64,000 bases of DNA, taken from positions 52,640,001 through 52,704,000 of the forward strand of contig CM052817.1 in NCBI GenBank assembly GCA_028534125.1. Direction: 5' to 3'. The DNA is from Lama glama (lineage: Eukaryota). Positions within the stretch are counted from its first letter, which is position 1. The number at the start of each line of letters is the position of its first letter. Below the pieces are notes generated by a model. It worked only from the letters and a program-made list of their open reading frames with translations, searched no databases and had not been told where the DNA came from. Below are positions 62,780 to 64,000 of the stretch, in pieces. The position numbers were made by a program, and so were the translations under genes.

Positions 62780-63300
62780 CTCACAAATGAGTTCCGTTGT
62801 AATGTGGCTGTTATCTAGTTTAATGAAAAAGATGAAAAGGCTGTTATCAATGAAAATGTATGTTTTCATTTATCTTACTAATCAAACTTATTTCACTAAT
62901 CAGTGACATGAGCAACATTTTTGCTAAAATAGGTAACGGTTTTCAAATACTAGAGTATTTCCTCAGTTTTTGTGCTATTTACAACTTAATGGCTGCAAAT
63001 AAGATACACTTTTAAGTTAATAGGGATTATTAACATTTTGTCCCTCACTTTCTTAAGCCCATACAAGTAACAAACTGTAAATCAAGCAATAATTGTGTTT
63101 TCTGCTGGTTTCCCTGGTGTAACATTCCCACCATAGCTGACCTTAGGTTACCCAACATAATGTTGCCAAACATGAAGTTGTGAAGAGATGTGCAGTAGCA
63201 CACCAATATATTGTATTTCCATTAGATAGATACAATGGACATAACCTCAAGAACATAATTAATCAAAAAATAGTAAATAACAAAATAGTAATTAGAAATA
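62780..63300. mobile_element. MER63-like hAT-Blackjack DNA transposon relic
   Basis: GGTGTAACATTCCCACCATAGCTGA...GAAGAGATGTGCAGTAGCACACCAATATATTGTATTTCCA...ATAACCTCAAGAACATA matches my recall of MER63. Confidence 0.75.
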
Positions 63301-63819
63301 TATATACATATCAAAAAATGATGGAGCCTAAAAACAAAACTGTGATAATCCGAAACAGTAATGTTTCTGAGATAAAATTGTGTCAGCATTTAGAGAATTT
63401 ATGATGTCACTTAGACTAGACACAGAGAACAGCAGGAAGTAAGATAATTTAATTTGCATTAAAAATAATCTGTGGTTTGAACAAGAGAGAGTATTGTTAG
63501 ATGATTCAAAGATGTATTGATTCATGGAATATAATAAGCAGTACAAAATGTTGTTTTTAATGCTATGGTCAGAATAAAGAGAAAGATGGAGTTCACTATT
63601 TGATAAAAACAGCATGTCAAAAGACGACAGAAACATCAGTATCATTTGATTGTATCTTTTAAACAAAAATGTACAACGAAGAGAATGGAAGGTTTCTAAA
63701 AATATCATTTAGAAATAATGAATGTTCCTCATAGGAAAAAGCAAATTTGAAAGCACTTAATTCAACACCAAAATAAATCCCTTCCTAGGACTTAGTCAGA
63801 ATTATTTCAGAACTATTGC

Positions 63820-63995
63820 AGTGGCAGAGTATCAACATTGGACAAGTGATCTTGTGTTTATTCTTATCCTTTCCACTTAATGAATCTGGAACTTGGAAAT
63901 TTTACTTACTCTTTTTAAATACTTTCTTCCCAGATAAGTGAATACACAGCATTTAGCCTAGTGTGTGACAAATGACAAGTGATTTTTTATTGTTA
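63820..63995 (+). mobile_element. MIR fragment
   Basis: TTCCACTTAATGAATCTGGAACTTGGAAATTTTACTTACTCT...ACAGCATTTAGCCTAGTG. Confidence 0.5.
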
Positions 63996-64000
63996 TCAGT

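Noticed and set aside
856..63708. All ORFs in the six-frame track as host genes
   Set aside because: All are <=139 aa and many start at non-ATG codons. They either fall in L1/ERV/LTR/microsatellite sequence or have low-complexity F/L/I/K composition typical of AT-rich noncoding DNA. I found no chain of spliceable exons or recognisable host domain.
1..64000. TE orientation bias as evidence for a hidden host gene
   Set aside because: LTR elements and L1s occur on both strands in comparable numbers, so no transcribed strand can be inferred. This is compatible with intergenic DNA.
1..64000. CRISPR arrays, tRNA/rRNA genes, NUMTs, non-retroviral endogenous viral elements, CpG-island promoter
   Set aside because: None recognisable by eye. 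Highly degraded examples cannot be excluded without profile searches.

Overview
AT-rich, CpG-poor eutherian mammal genomic DNA that reads as intergenic or gene-desert sequence. The L1 3' ends look cetartiodactyl and no Alu/B1/Bov-A/PRE-1/Can-SINE is recognisable, so a camelid host is my inference. I find no host protein-coding exon, RNA gene or CRISPR array. All ORFs in the track are either degenerate transposon fragments (L1 ORF2, ERVL gag/pol) or chance ORFs. More than half of the window is layered transposable elements: three degenerate ERVL proviral remnants, an LTR-int-LTR MaLR split by a lineage-specific L1 with a 16-bp TSD, several ERV1-type solo LTRs, MLT1/MLT2 LTRs, old L1M pieces, L2, MIR and hAT DNA-transposon relics. 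There is also a 500-N assembly gap at 5458-5957. I see no convincing new biological system. The best leads are (1) a young CpG-rich LTR abutting the gap with a stem-bulge-loop at its predicted transcription start, (2) a textbook twin-primed inverted L1, (3) a dense TALE-homeodomain (TGTCAG / TGATTGACA) motif cluster in unique DNA, and (4) several templated-insertion or palindrome scars. Repeat family names come from my recall of consensus sequences, not from a database search. Boundaries are approximate unless exact motifs are quoted.
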